Assembly: GCA_002269645.1 (NCBI GenBank)
Contig: NIVC01003640.1
Coordinates: 1-64,000 of the forward strand
Source: Macrostomum lignano
Lineage: Eukaryota
DNA: 64,000 bases
Reading direction: 5' to 3'
Shown here: piece by piece, positions 23,878-37,254 of the stretch
How the letters are laid out: each line of letters begins with the position of its first letter
Position numbering within the stretch: position 1 is the stretch's first letter
Translations under genes and position numbers: made by a program
The notes under the pieces: model-generated
Seen by the model: the letters and a program-made list of their open reading frames with translations, nothing else
Database searches by the model: none
Told to the model about the DNA's origin: nothing

Positions 23878-25062
23878 CTACCTCTGCTGCCCCCAGGCTG
23901 CACTTCCGCCGCCTCTGCCGCCGCCGCGATGCTGAGGGTGGCCGGGGCCGCGCCGGTGCGCCGGGTAGCGGCCGTGCGGGTGCAGCCTGGAGGCGCCGTT
24001 CCGCCCGCCGCTGCCGGCCTGGGGCACGGATTTTCTCGCCGAGTGGCCGCGCACGAAACTGCCGCCGCCGACGCCGCTATAAGTCGCCGCCGTCGCCACC
24101 GGATGGTCGCTGGTGCTGCGTCGAAAACCGCCCACGCATCCGGCAGCTGCAGCTGCAGCGGCGGCCGCCGCCAGGGCGTTTGACGACGAAGCCGTCGACG
24201 AAGAGTTGGCGGAGATCCAGGAGTCCGTGGGCGACTGGACCGGGTCAGAAGTGGACGCGGTGCGCTGGACGATCTGGGCGAAGGTGGGGCGGCGCTCCGG
24301 TTCCAGGGCGGGGTGCAGCCGCTGCTGCTCCGACAGCAGGGAGATGCCCGACAGCGACTCGATGGTGGCCGTGATGGACGGCGACGCCGAAGCTTCAAGG
24401 GCGAGTCCGCTGACGGCCTCCTCGTGGTAATAGCCGTTGGAGACAGAGGGCGAGGCGGCGGGACAGTCGGCGAGGCTGAGCTGCACGAGCTTCTCGATGC
24501 CGCCCCAGTGCTTGACCCACAGGCCGGGCAGCGGCAGGCTGCAGTGGCTGGGCTTGGCCACCAGGCGCGGCCGGAACTCCACGCGGATGCTGGGGGCACC
24601 GGCGGCGGGCGCCGGGGAGGCAATCCAGTCGGGCATGACGAAGGCGCAGGCGGAGCCGTCAGGGCTGGGGGCGGGCAGCATGCGGGCGCACAAGATCGAG
24701 TTGCCAAACAGGAGCTGCACGGACTTGACGAGCTCGTGCGGCCCTGGCACCGGCGGCTCGGCCGAGCTGTCCGAAACGTCCTGGACAAGCGCGGCGTCCA
24801 GCAGTAATTTGCGGGGCCCGGGCAGGACTCGGCCGGGCCGCAACAGGCGGTGCACAGAGAGGCTCAGCGCCACTGTGGAACGACGCCGACACTGCGGCGA
24901 ACCCGGAGACTCGGCGGCGCCGCCGACTGAGACGAGCGACGCCTCGACGGAGGCGCCCAGCCTGGGGTAGTGCCTGCGGGCGGGGTGGGCTGGATGCCTT
25001 AAACACGAATATTGCAGCATTACCGAATCGAAGCATTTGATGACAATCTAAAACAGGCAGGC

Positions 25063-25101
<39 letters not shown>

Positions 25102-25174
25102 GACAGACAGGCAGACAGACAGACAGACAGACAGACAGACAGGCAGACAGACAGAGAGGCAGAGACAGACAGGC

Positions 25175-25225
<51 letters not shown>

Positions 25226-25258
25226 GAGGCAGACAGACAGACAGACAGACAGACAGGC

Positions 25259-25289
<31 letters not shown>

Positions 25290-25300
25290 GACAGACAGGC

Positions 25301-25333
<33 letters not shown>

Positions 25334-27823
25334 GGCAGACAGACAGAGACAGACAGGCAGACAGACAGACAGAGCAGCCTCACCTCTCAGCATGGCTGAT
25401 CCTCCGCAGCCGCTCTTTGGCCTCCAGCAGGTCCTTCCTGTGCCCGTAGGACTTGACGCCCATGGCCAGCAGGTCCGGGCCGGTCAGCGCCATGAAGGCG
25501 GCGCCGTCCACGCCGTGCTCAAGCATCACCCGACCGTACTGGGCGAGGTCGCCGCAGCCGCCGAGCCGGCCGGCCAGCCAGTGGCAGAGGTCGGCGGCCC
25601 GCCAGTCCGCGGGGTTGACGTCGTTGAGCCGCAGCAGCCGCAGGTTGCCCGCCAGCTCGCTGCGCCGCACGCCGTCCAGCAGCCGGCGCTGGGCGCGCAG
25701 AGCCTCCTCCGTGTGGCGCATCCGCGCCAGGGCCGCGTCCAGCCAGCCGCGCCAGACCTCGCGCTGTCGGCCGAAATTGTCCAGCGCTGCCCGGGTGTCC
25801 GGGTCGGCCAGCTTCTCCAGCCGGCTCACAATGCTGCCGAAGGTGGGCCGCTTGGTCGGGTCCTCCGACCAGCACTTCTCCAGCAGCAGCGACAGGCCCG
25901 TCGGGCACTGCGGCGGCACCGGCAGTCGTTCGCCTTCCTCGACCACCGAGTACACGATCTGCGGGCGGGAGCCAACGAATCTCTTGCTACAAATATCCTC
26001 TCAGAGAAGCTTGCTTACCTTCGGTAACTATTCAAGATAGTCGTAGCCTTAGCAACTAGATCCCAGATAATCCCAGCCCTAGCAGCTGGATCCCAGATAA
26101 TCCCAGCCCTAGCAACTAGATCCCAGATAATCCCAGCCCTAGCAACTAGATCCCAGATAATCCCAGCCTTAGCAACAAGATCCCAGATAATCCCAGCCTT
26201 AGCAACAAAATCCCAGATAATCCCAGCCTTAGCAACTAGATCCCAGATAATCCCAGCCTTAGCAACTAGATCCCAGATAATCCCAGCCCTAGCAACTAGA
26301 TCTTAGATAATCCCAGCCTTAGCAACTAGATTCCAGATAATCCCAGCCTTAGCAACTGGATCCCAGATAATCCCAGCCCTAGCAACTAGATCCCAGATAA
26401 TCCCAGCCTTAGCAACTAGATCCCAGATAATCAATGAGAAATGCACATCCAGCAAGTTGCAATCTCAATACAAATTTCACCTGCAGCGGCTGCAGACCCC
26501 TGAACGGCACCTGCCGGGTCAGCAGCTCCCACAGCACCACGCCGTAGGACCAGGCGTCGCACGGTTTACCCGCCGACCGGTCGCCGCGCAGCATCTCGAC
26601 GGCCATCCAGGCGGGGGTGCCGGCCAGGGTGACCCCGGAGCTGCCCAGCACCACCCTGGCGGCGCCGAAGTCGCACAGCTTGCAGACGGAGAAGTCAGCT
26701 GTCAGCACCACGTTCTTCGACTTGAGATCCCTGCGGGTTCACAGGGCAGCTGTTGACTCAGGGGCTTCTGCTCAAATTCTGCGATAAAGCGAATCTCGAC
26801 TCTTTGAGGCCGCTCTCAGCAAACTTGATGTAGGCCGGGGTCCCAGACTTAAATGTACTTTGAAGAGCATCTTGTGCTTGATAATTTAAGAGCCAATGTG
26901 GAAAGCTTTGGGTCTGGGGATCTGGCAGGCTGGCCCAGCAACTGGGGATCTGGGAGGCTGGCCCAGTAACTGAGGATCTGGCAGGCTGGCTCAGCAACTG
27001 AGGATCTGGGAGGCTGGCCCAGTAACTGAGGATCTGGCAGGCTGGCTCAGCAACTGAGGATCTGGGAGGCTGACCCAGAAACTGAGGGATCTGGGAGGCT
27101 GGCTCAGCAACTGAGGATCTGGGAGGCTGGCCCGGTCACTGACACTCTAGGAGGCTGGCCCAGCAACTGAGGATCTGGGAGGCTGGCCCAGCAACTGAGG
27201 ATCTGGGAGGCTGGCTCAGCAACTGAGGATCTGGGAGGCTGGCCCAGCAACGGAGGATCTGGGAGGCTGGCCCAGCAACTGGGGATCTGGGAGGCTGGCC
27301 CAGCAACTGGGGATCTGGGAGGGTGGTGGGTGGAACAGCTTGGGAATATGGGAGAATGGCGGGTGGAACAGCTTGGGAATATAGGAGGGTGATGATGATC
27401 AAGCCTAAGAATCTGGGAGTTGCAAAACAGTTAAACCCACCTGTGCACAATGGTCTGCGGCGCCTCATCATGCAGGTAGCGAACTCCGCAGGCAATCTGA
27501 GTGGCCCAGTTGAGCAGCCTGTCAGGCCCGAGGTCCCGGCCGCTGTCGTGCAGGTAGTCATAAAGTGAGCCGCCCTGGGCCAGCTCCGACACGATGCACT
27601 GATTGGGCCGCTGCAGGCTGGCCCCCAGCAGCTGGATGATGTTCCTGTGGCGCACCTGGTTGAGCAGCGCGGCTTCAGTCTGGTCCAGCTCAAGCAGCTT
27701 CTTCACCGCCACCTGTCTGTTTTCGCTTTTCCAAGTGGCCCGATAGACGCTGCCCTTGGAGCCGGCGCCCAGCAGCTCGTGGAACTGCAGGTCCGCGTAC
27801 TGAATCTGGCGAATGCCAGACAT
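23878..27823 (-). CDS. MAP3K20: ZAK-alpha-type MAP3K (kinase, leucine zipper, SAM, C-terminal extension; 4 exons, 767 aa)
   Basis: Exons 27823-27441, 26730-26481, 25958-25384 and 24973-23878 join without frameshift. N-terminus IQYADLQFHELLGAGSKGSVYRATW..VAVKKLL follows ZAK as I recall it; HRDLKSKN and DFG present; coiled coil and SAM (WRAADLCHWL..VDGAAFMALTGPDLLAMGVKSYGHR). Confidence 0.9.
25054..25372. repeat. (CAGA)n microsatellite in kinase intron 3
   Basis: Direct reading. Confidence 0.95.
26048..26432. repeat. 30-bp minisatellite TCCCAGCCCTAGCAACTAGATCCCAGATAA in kinase intron 2
   Basis: About 13 tandem copies. Confidence 0.95.
26925..27325. repeat. 28-bp minisatellite GGATCTGGGAGGCTGGCCCAGCAACTGA in kinase intron 1
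   Basis: Tandem copies in two sub-blocks. Confidence 0.95.
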
Positions 27824-28621
27824 GAGCAGCTGGAGGGGGCGGGGTTCAAAGTTCAGATTGAAAATTTTAGTGAAATACACAGCAAGTCACATTCCTATAA
27901 TCACAAGTTAATAGAAATTGATTAGAAAATATATATGAAAAGGGACCTTATTTGTTATCTTTGAAAAATGATGACAGCTATATTTTTACTTTAAACACAA
28001 AGTTCTAAAAAACAAATCAACAAAAGTGATATTGCTAAGCTAAAAAAATAGAATCTAAGCTAAAATTTTCTATGCTTATAACATGACAAACTCAGATAAT
28101 AAATTTGATTATATATATAGGCCTAGCCATTATATCTAATATAGGCATACATACTATAATATATTATTTTAAGTCTTTCTACATTTATGCACTTGCTTAT
28201 GTTTAGCAGTCAGTAGAATAGGCAAAATGACCTTAGTATTAGTTGGGGAAACTTTAACACATTGCCTTAATATGCTAAGAACCTTTTAATAAATACAATT
28301 GTAAAAAATAGTTGATTTATGCCTTGATGTACCTATATGCCACAATTTTGCTACATTATACTAGGCCTACTAATAAATGCTATTTTTTATTATATCATGT
28401 CATGTCTTAATATGCTACACTTGCCATTATAAGCAACTTACTACCTCTTGCTATGCAATGCTAGACCCATGTATTATCTTCTTGCATTATATACCAAAGA
28501 TACTATTGCAAGAATTTTGATAGTTGCATTATTTTAAGGTGTTTTTTATAATTATTAAACTATTTGAAGCACTATAAAAGTTAATGCATTTATATAATTT
28601 ATAAAATATGTAAGAGATTTA

Positions 28622-29010
28622 TAGAGGTCGGATGGGATCCCAATCCCGATCCTAAAATCTCGGGATCCCAAGGAAAATTGAATTCCTGTGGAACCAGAAT
28701 CCCGACCCTAAAAAACTTGAGATTTGGGAACAGGTCTTTTGATTAAAAATTTATAGAATTAGTGATTACTTGAAGGTATTTTGCTTCAACTTGTACTCGT
28801 TACATTATTTACTTTGTTGGTTACAAAACTTCATATCAATTTTGTTGTGTTTTACTTCTTGATCTTGACAATCTTTTCTCAATTTTGTTTAACTTTACAT
28901 GGACAATACACTGATCTGATCCCAATTCCCAAATCCTGATCCCGATCCTAAGAAAAAAATTATTCCCAATCCCAATCCCGCCTGAAGATTTCAATCCCAT
29001 CCAACCTCTA
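28622..29010. mobile_element. Non-autonomous hAT-type MITE (389 bp)
   Basis: TIRs TAGAGGTCGGATGGGAT / ATCCCATCCAACCTCTA (1 mismatch); 8-bp TSD GAGATTTA (28614-28621) / GAGATTAA (29011-29018); ATCCCG-type subterminal repeats. Confidence 0.85.
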
Positions 29011-29020
29011 GAGATTAATA

Positions 29021-31420
29021 ATGTTCAACATGGTGGCTCTTTAATGTTCAACAAGGTGGCTCTTTTATGTTTGACATGATAGCTCTTTTATGTTTGAAAT
29101 GTTGTCTCTGTTATGTTTGACATGGTGGCTCTTGAATGTTTGACATGGTGGCTCTTTAATGTTTGACATGGTGGCTCTTTAATGTTTGACATGGTGGCTC
29201 CTAAATGTTTGACCTAAATATTAATATAGAGATTAGTATTATTGATCAAAACATTTCTTGCTAAGAAGAACCTTAATAAGATTAGTATCCAACTAGCAAT
29301 CTTTGCCCCCCAATGAGGGACATCTAGATAGAATCTCTGTTCTCTACAAGTATCAATAAGATGACCAAACAAAGCCTTCACATAGTCAAAAAAAAACTGC
29401 TCAGATGAAGAGCAATGCAAAAAGAAAACATCCTAAGACAGCAAGCATCCCCCCAGATAGCAAGCACCTCCAGATAGCAAGCACCCCCAGATAGCAGGCA
29501 CCCCCAGTTAGCAAGCACCCCCAGATGGCAAGCACCCCCCAGATAGCAAGCATCCCCCCAGATAGCAAGCACCCCCCAGATAGCAGGCACCCCCCAGATA
29601 GCAAGCATCCCCCAGATAGCAAGCACCCCCAGATAGCAAGCACCCCCAGATAGCAGGCACCCCCAGATAGTAGGCACCCCCAGATAGCAGGCTCTCCCAG
29701 ATAGCAAGCACCCCCAGATAGCAAGCACTCCCAGATAGCAGGCACCCCCAGATAGCAAGCACCTCCAGATAGCAAGCACCCCCAGATAGCAGGCTCTCCC
29801 AGATAGCAAGCACCCCCAGATAGCAAGCACTCCCAGATAGCAAGCACCCCCAGATAGCAGGCTCTCTCAGATAGCAAGCACCCCCAGATAGCAAGCACCC
29901 CCAGATAGCAAGCACCACCAGATAGCAAGCACCTCCAGATAGCAAGCACCCCCAGATAGCAAGCACCTCCAGATAGCAAGCACCCCCAGATAGCAAGCAC
30001 CCCCAGATAGCAAGCACCTCCAGATAGCAGGCACCCCCAGATAGCAAGCACCTCCAGATAGCAAGCACCACCAGATAGCAAGCACCCCCAGATAGCAGGC
30101 TCTCCCAGATAGCAAGAACCCCCAGATAGCAGGCTCTCCCAGATAGCAAGCACCCCCAGATAGCAAGCACCCCAGATAGCAAGCACCCCAGATAGCAAGC
30201 AACCAATTGATAGCAAGCACCCCAGATAGCAAGCAACCAATTGATAGCAAGCAACCAATTGATAGCAAGCACCCCAAGATAGCAAGCACCCCAGATAGCA
30301 AGCAACCAATTGATAGCAAGTATTGATCCTTAAATAGCAAGCATCCACCGGACAATAAGTAGCAAGTGCAACAATTTCCTTAGCTTTATAATGGCTCCTT
30401 TGTGATTGGCATGATGCTTCTTTTTACGTTTGAAACTGCGTCTCCTTTGTTTGACTTGGTGGCTCTTCAATGTTCAACATGGTGGCTTTTTACTGTTAGA
30501 CATGGTGGTTCTTCTATGTTTGACATGGTGGCTCTTTTATGTTCGACATGGTGGCTCTTTTATGTTTGACATTGAGTCACGTATATGTTTCACATGATGG
30601 CTCTTTTATGTTTGACATGATGGCTCTTTATGTTTGACATGGTAGATCTTTTATATTTTACTTAGAGGCATTTTTATGTTCAACATGGTGGCTCTTTAAT
30701 GTTTGACATGGTGGCTCTTTTATGTTTGACATGGTGGCTCTTTTATGTTTGAAATGTTGTCTCTGTTATGTTCGACATGGTGGCTCTTGAATGTTTGACA
30801 TGGTGGCTCTTTAATGTTTGACATGGTGGCTCTTTTATGTTCGACATGGTGGCTCTTTTATGTTCGACATGGTGGCTCTTTTATGTTTGACATGGTGGCT
30901 CTTAAATGTTTGACATGGTGGCTCTTTATTGTTTGACATGGTGGCTCTTTAATGTTTGACATGGTGGCTCTTTAATGTTTGACATGGTGGCTCTTTAATG
31001 TTTGACATGGTGGCTCTTTAATGTTCAACATGGTGGCTCTTTAATGTTCAACAAGGTGGCTCTTTTATGTTTGACATGATAGCTCTTTTATGTTTGAAAT
31101 GTTGTCTCTGTTATGTTTGACATGGTGGCTCTTGAATGTTTGACATGGTGGCTCTTTAATGTTTGACATGGTGGCTCTTTAATGTTTGACATGATGGCTC
31201 CTAAATGTTTGACATGGTGGCTCTTTAATGTTTGGAATGGTGGCTCTTTTATATTTGGCATGGTGGCTCTTGAATGTTTGACATGGTGGCTCTTTAATGT
31301 TTGACATGGTGGCTCTTTTATGTTTGACATGATGTCTTTTCTGTGTTCGACATGGTGGCACTTTTATGTTTGGCATGGTGGCTCTTTTATATTTGACATT
31401 GCGCTTCTTTTATGTTTAGC
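29021..31420. repeat. 22-23-bp minisatellite TGTTTGACATGGTGGCTCTTTA in two blocks (29021-29212 and 30455-31420)
   Basis: Same unit in both blocks, separated by unique DNA and a different array. Confidence 0.9.
29440..30345. repeat. 17-bp minisatellite GATAGCAAGCACCCCCA
   Basis: About 50 tandem copies nested between the two TGACAT blocks. Confidence 0.95.
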
Positions 31421-33033
31421 ATTTTGTGTTTTAAAGTGTTTTAATAAAAAAATTATTTTGCTCTACTAAGATTCGAACCCTACATTAGCAGTCGCTACAT
31501 TACATTAGTCGCTACATTAGCAGTCCAGTCTGTTCGCATCTTGGCTATCTCTTTTCAATTGGAGAACATGAATTGTGGCCCTTATAATTCAATTCTTACA
31601 GCAAGTCAATTGGAGTAGAAAGTTATGACATAATCAATTTCTCAGTCAGCCAGTATCAGTCTCAATTTAAGTTAGCAATATGGTTACGCAATTTTAATCA
31701 AGTCGGGTGTGTATTTTTTCGACACTGTTTTCATCTTGTTGTGATGCAGTCTTTATCGCTATCGGAATTGAGCCAGTCAGTTTTTTCTCTAGCATTCTTA
31801 CAATGCATTCCAGGCAAGGACTTCTAGTCTAGAAGTCCTTGATTCCAGGTCGAAAGAGCTGCTTGACCTTTGCAAAAAAAGCATGTTTTTTGAATATTTA
31901 ATCCCTTTAAAATTGAGCAATTTCTTAGCCAGGATGCATGTACCGTCCCAGAAAAATTTCTGATCGAATGGTGCAAGTTTGAAGAAAATTGGTTGAGCCA
32001 TTTTCATTTTTAGTATATTGGATACTTTTCCAGGTTTCCAGGTTTATTAAAAAAGGTTTTTGGAAATAGAATATAATGTTTTATATTGTCACTTGAAAAA
32101 AACTACTTAACTAGTTTGCTACTTTTCTATATATCAAAATGATTTAAGAAAAACATGTATTTTTACATATAGACTCATGTGTATATTCCTAAGAAATCTA
32201 GTATTAGGTTTTAGCAAGAGATAGGCCTATAGGGATTATAATAAACAATGTATTTAGCCTAAAATATTCTATTAAACAATAGCAACTAAATTCTAAAAGA
32301 ACTATGGTGTCAAATCTTAAAGGCCATCTAGGAAAGAGGCTAGGCCCCTATAATTTACACTTGTAGTAAGGCAAAAATGTTCTTATATATATAATTTTAA
32401 TTTATAATTATCGCCAAGCCAATTTTTTACTTATTTTACAATTGTTCACCTATTATAGGCCCTACTACTTTTAAAATGACCTAGTTAGCTTTTTTCAATC
32501 CTATATACTTTTTTATAGATCTGCACTTAAACTTGAATGTTGAATATGATTTATAAAATATAGGTCTAAGGCTTAAATCAATAAAAGGCTCCCCCAGGCC
32601 CAGCCCCCCTCAGCCACAGCCAAAAAATGTGGGCCATATTGATTGTGGGCCAGACAATATACCAAGTCTATTGTCCACTATTGGGTTGTATTGCTTAATA
32701 TAGCTTGCATCCCTTCCCTAAAAACATTTCTGGATCGGTGCCTGATTTATTTTACCACCACGTCCACACAACACGGCCGACGGGTCTTTCGAAGAAATAA
32801 AAAGAAACTCACGAAGCACATTCTTCAAGAATTTGAAAGTTAGTTTATTATTTTTAAACAAAGCTAGTGAAATATTAACTTTAAAATTTACGTTATTGCT
32901 CAGTTTAATACAAAAAATGTATTAAAACTTTTTTAAACTGATAATAAAATTAATATTGTATTGCTTAAGACTATTTAAAAAGAGTTTCCTCCTTTTTCAA
33001 TTTCGCATAGCTGAGATTTTTCTGTGCGCCTGC

Positions 33034-36000
33034 ATGGACTCCGACGAGGAGAGACAAGGGGCTGTAAGTCTTGAGTGCCTTTTTTAAATAATTTCCTTGT
33101 TTGTACTATTTTACCTAAGCAATAATTCACTCGTACGGGTGACTTGAACCTTTGTCTCATTTTAAACTAAGAATAATTCCCCATTGATAAGAGAAAAGAG
33201 ATATCCCCATATCTCTTTGGCTTATAAATTTTCAAGCCCATTTTTATAAGTATTCCGGGTACTTATTATAAGTATTATAAGTAAACCATCACCATCTTAA
33301 CAGAACGCATGTTTTTAAGTTAACAACGAATACAATCTCCGGTTCAATTCATATTGTCTTAACTTAGCATTTCAATCTAAAAGATTGTGTTAAATTTAAA
33401 ACTTCCCCCAGAACAAGTCCATTTTCCACAATCAGCCATTTGATGAGTCGTTGCAAGTCTCCGACCCAGAAGACATAGACAGTACATATGAGCCAACTCC
33501 GAGAATAGGAGGAGTAGGTAAGCAGGAGGTTTTACTGGAAGGAGGTTCTTTAAAAGCGCGTCGTGTTTTTCAATAGATTGAACTCAACTGCTAATCCAAT
33601 AATTTCTTAACAATATTAAACATATTTTGTATAACGAAAAATTGATTTGAATTTACTCGTAATCAGCAGCAATTGGCTCACAAATTGCCTTGCAATATAA
33701 AAAAAATGTTTTCAACGGATTTTTACTCAATGATTTCTGTATCACGTAGTTGTATTTAACCTCGCTTTAAACAGCTGCGTTGCTTATCGCTACATTCGCT
33801 AAATTCATGACCAAATTTCACAGGAAAACTTGCACAGTAACAAACCCTACGACGAGTCCATTGATATTCCCGACACTGAGGATATAGCCACACCCCGAGT
33901 GCCATCGTTCAGTAAGACTATTTCCTTTAGTTTACTCTGCCTGAACAAATTACTGCTTACCCAAACATAATACACTACTATATTGCTGTCTTCAGTAGTA
34001 TCGTTAGTACCTCAACGTAATTATGCTTCTCGCACTGCGATGCAAATCTTGCACTTAATTTGCTTAACTCTGAGCATAAATCTTGCACAAATTGCTGCCG
34101 CTATCCACAACTGTTGCCCCCCCCCCCCCCGGATTGCCCTTGCCACTTTCCACTTTCCAGCATTAATTAATCGGGCCTGAGCAGCAGCTGCCTTGAGCAC
34201 GCAACACCCCCCCTGACTCAAATGACACACAATTATTATGAGCCTAGAAGACATTCTCCTCAATTCCTTCCTGCTCTTCCCGCTCAGCCCGAGCTCCCTA
34301 CCCGAAGGGAAAGGGGATCCCAGGCTGAGGCTCCCCCCCCCCGAGCCCGAACCTCTCCCCCTTCCCTCCGCAGATTCCCTAACGAGCTCCGCAGTCCGCA
34401 CTGCACACCTTGCCTATAGGAGGGGCTGGGCAAGACGAAGCTGAGCCACTAAGGTATAATACCGAGGCCAGTCCTCCCCAGGGGGGTCAGCTGCTTTTCC
34501 AACTTCCCAAATCCCCATCGCTTCGATGTTGCAGCTTCCCGACCAGCCCCACCTGTGGTTCGGCGAGCAGCAGCTGCGGCCCCCCGCCCGGCTGAAAGTC
34601 CTCAGGCACCCGCCGCCGCCTCCCGCAGGACCGGGTCGAACTCCAGACAGTCGGCAGCAGCAGCAGCAGCATCTCAGGCCCGGCTCGGAGGACAGCGGCA
34701 GCGGAAGGTCTCAGAGAATGGTGAGCTGCGGCAGCTGCAGTCCACGGCCGGATCAAGGAGGGGATGGGAGAGTTCATTTCTAGAGGAATGCAGAGGTTTA
34801 GGGAACAGACGCATTATCTCAAGCACCATCACCATCACTATCACCATCACCATCCCCATCACCATCACCATCCCCATCACCATCCCCATCACCATCCCCA
34901 TCACCATCCCCATCACCATCCCCATCACCATCCCCATCACCATCCCCATCCATCCCCATCACCATCTCCATCACCTCCCCATCACCATCACCATCACCAT
35001 CACCATCACCATCACCATCACCATCACCATCACCATCCCCATCACCATCCCCATCACCATCACCATCACCATCACCATCACCATCACCATCACCATCACC
35101 ATCCCCATCACCATCACCATCCCCATCACCATCACCATCACCATCACCATCACCATCACCATCACCATCACCATCCCCATCACCATCCCCATCACCATCA
35201 CCATCCCCATCACCATCCCCATCACCATCACCATCACCATCACCATCCCCATCACCATCACCATCACCATCACCATCACCATCCCCATCACCGACAGCAG
35301 CAGCAGCCGCAGCAGCAGCCGCGAGCTCCGGCCCGCTCGCCAACCGAGGAGGAGGACGATGACGAGAGCGGCTCCGAGAGCGGTGAGGAATCTGAGGAGG
35401 ATGACACGCAGCCGATCGAGGGCGCGTACAACCCCGAGGACTACAGGGACGTGAGCGCCAGCCACCCGGAGTTCGCCGAGCTGTTCGACTACATCAAGCG
35501 CTACACGCCGCAGCACATCGAGCTGGACCACCGCCTCAAGCCGTTCATCCCGGACTTCATCCCGGCCGTGGGCGACATCGACGCCTTCATCAAGGTGCCG
35601 CGGCCGGACTCGAAGCCGGACCAGCTGGGCCTGCGGATGCTGGACGAGCCGTGCGCCAGCCAGTCCGACCCCACCGTGCTGGACCTGCAGCTGCGCGCTG
35701 TCGGCAAGCTGCTGGTGTCCAAGAAGACGCAGGTGTCCCGGGTGGAAAACGCCGAACGGAATCCGCACGCAATTGAAAAATGGATCTCCAGCATCTCGGA
35801 GCTGCACAAGCACAAGCAGCCGCCAACGGTGAACTACACCAAGCCCATGCCCGACATTGAGCAGCTCATGAGCGAGTGGCCGCCCGAGATTGAGGAGCTG
35901 CTTAAGGAGGTCGGGCTGCCCACCTCGGATCTGGAGTGCGACCTGCCCGCCTTCTGCGACATCGTCTGTGGTGGGTTGCGATTGGGTGGCTCATGGGTGC

Positions 36001-36677
36001 TTGAACAACCTGTATAAACACAGGGGCACTCAGGTGCGGACCACAGGACGCTAGAACACACGGTGCACAGGACGCTAACGCAGGATGTACAGGACGCTAA
36101 CACACGATGCACAGGACGCTAACGCAGGGTGTACAGGATGCTAGCACAGGTTGTACAGGGACGCTAACGCAGGGTGTACAGGATGCTAGCACAGGTTGTA
36201 CAGGGACGCTAACGCAAGGTTTACAGGACGCTAACGGAGGGTGTGCAGGGACGCTAATGCTGGGTGTACAGGACGCTAACACAGGTTGTACAGGACGCTA
36301 ACACAGGTTGTACAGGACGCTAACACAGGTTGTACAGGACGCTAACACATGTTTTACAGGGACGCTAACGGAGGGTGTGCAGGGACGCTAATGCTAGGTG
36401 TACAGGGATGCTAACACATGGTACAGAGACGCTAACACTAAGATAAGCCGCCTTTTTCGCCTTAGCAACTGGCATCCCTCTGCTCCCCCTCGCAGGCCTG
36501 CTGGACATCCCAGTCTACAAGAGCCGGGTGCAGTCCCTGCACGTGCTGTTCACCCTCTACTCGACCTTCGCCAACTCGCAGCACTTCCGCAGCCTGGCCG
36601 AGGGCAACAGGCTGGACAACCGGCTGAAGCAGCAGCCCCAGCAGCGGGAGAACTCCGACTATGACGGTTTTAACTGA
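33034..36677 (+). CDS. IFT46: Intraflagellar transport protein 46 (7 exons, 407 aa)
   Basis: Exons 33034-33063, 33412-33513, 33824-33911, 34420-34453, 34606-34720, 35298-35970 and 36496-36677 sum to 1224 nt, in frame. N-terminal NQPFDE/NKPYDE repeats, core [43 protein letters not shown]-terminal [25 protein letters not shown]. The small exons 4-5 are less certain. Confidence 0.92.
34825..35292. repeat. (CATCAC)n/(CATCCC)n microsatellite in IFT46 intron 5
   Basis: Lies between donor GTGAGC (34721) and acceptor GACAG (35297). Confidence 0.9.
36040..36440. repeat. 22-23-bp minisatellite CAGGACGCTAACACAGGTTGTA in IFT46 last intron
   Basis: Degenerate tandem copies, each with CTAAC. Confidence 0.9.
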
Positions 36678-37254
36678 CAGCCTGTCTTGACCTTGTCAGT
36701 GTGCAAACAGTTTTTTTAGTTTTCCTTCTATCCTAGAATCTGCCACCTCTTCTGCTTGTTCAAAATAATACACTGGAAACTGACTGATAAGCTCAGTTTA
36801 ATCGGCACCGAATAATTTAATTATCGTCTACATTTTAGGCATTTTTTTCAAACAGTTCTACTAACAAGTAGAGTATTCAGAGCACGATAAAAATTAAATC
36901 AAGTAAAAAAACACGACAAAATGAGATTGATGTTGTGAAGCTCCTGAATTTAATGAAAATTTCACCCAATGTCAGGCAGTCACTGGTGAGGCTTCAGGTC
37001 GAGTTTCTGACCGCATGCTCTTGAAAAAACAAATTGTTGCATATTATACGGCCAAGCTGGGATACTTGCTGCTCAGGTATTGCACTGGCTTCACTTTTGA
37101 TGTGAATCTTATTAGTCTTTGCTTTGTCAATAATCTTATTATTTAATTAGTTCCACTTTTGAGCTTTCATAACAGCCTGCTTATAACATTGCCATGTTCT
37201 TCTATATTCTATATTCTACTCGTAGCGGGCAATGAACTGCTACTGGGGTCATAG

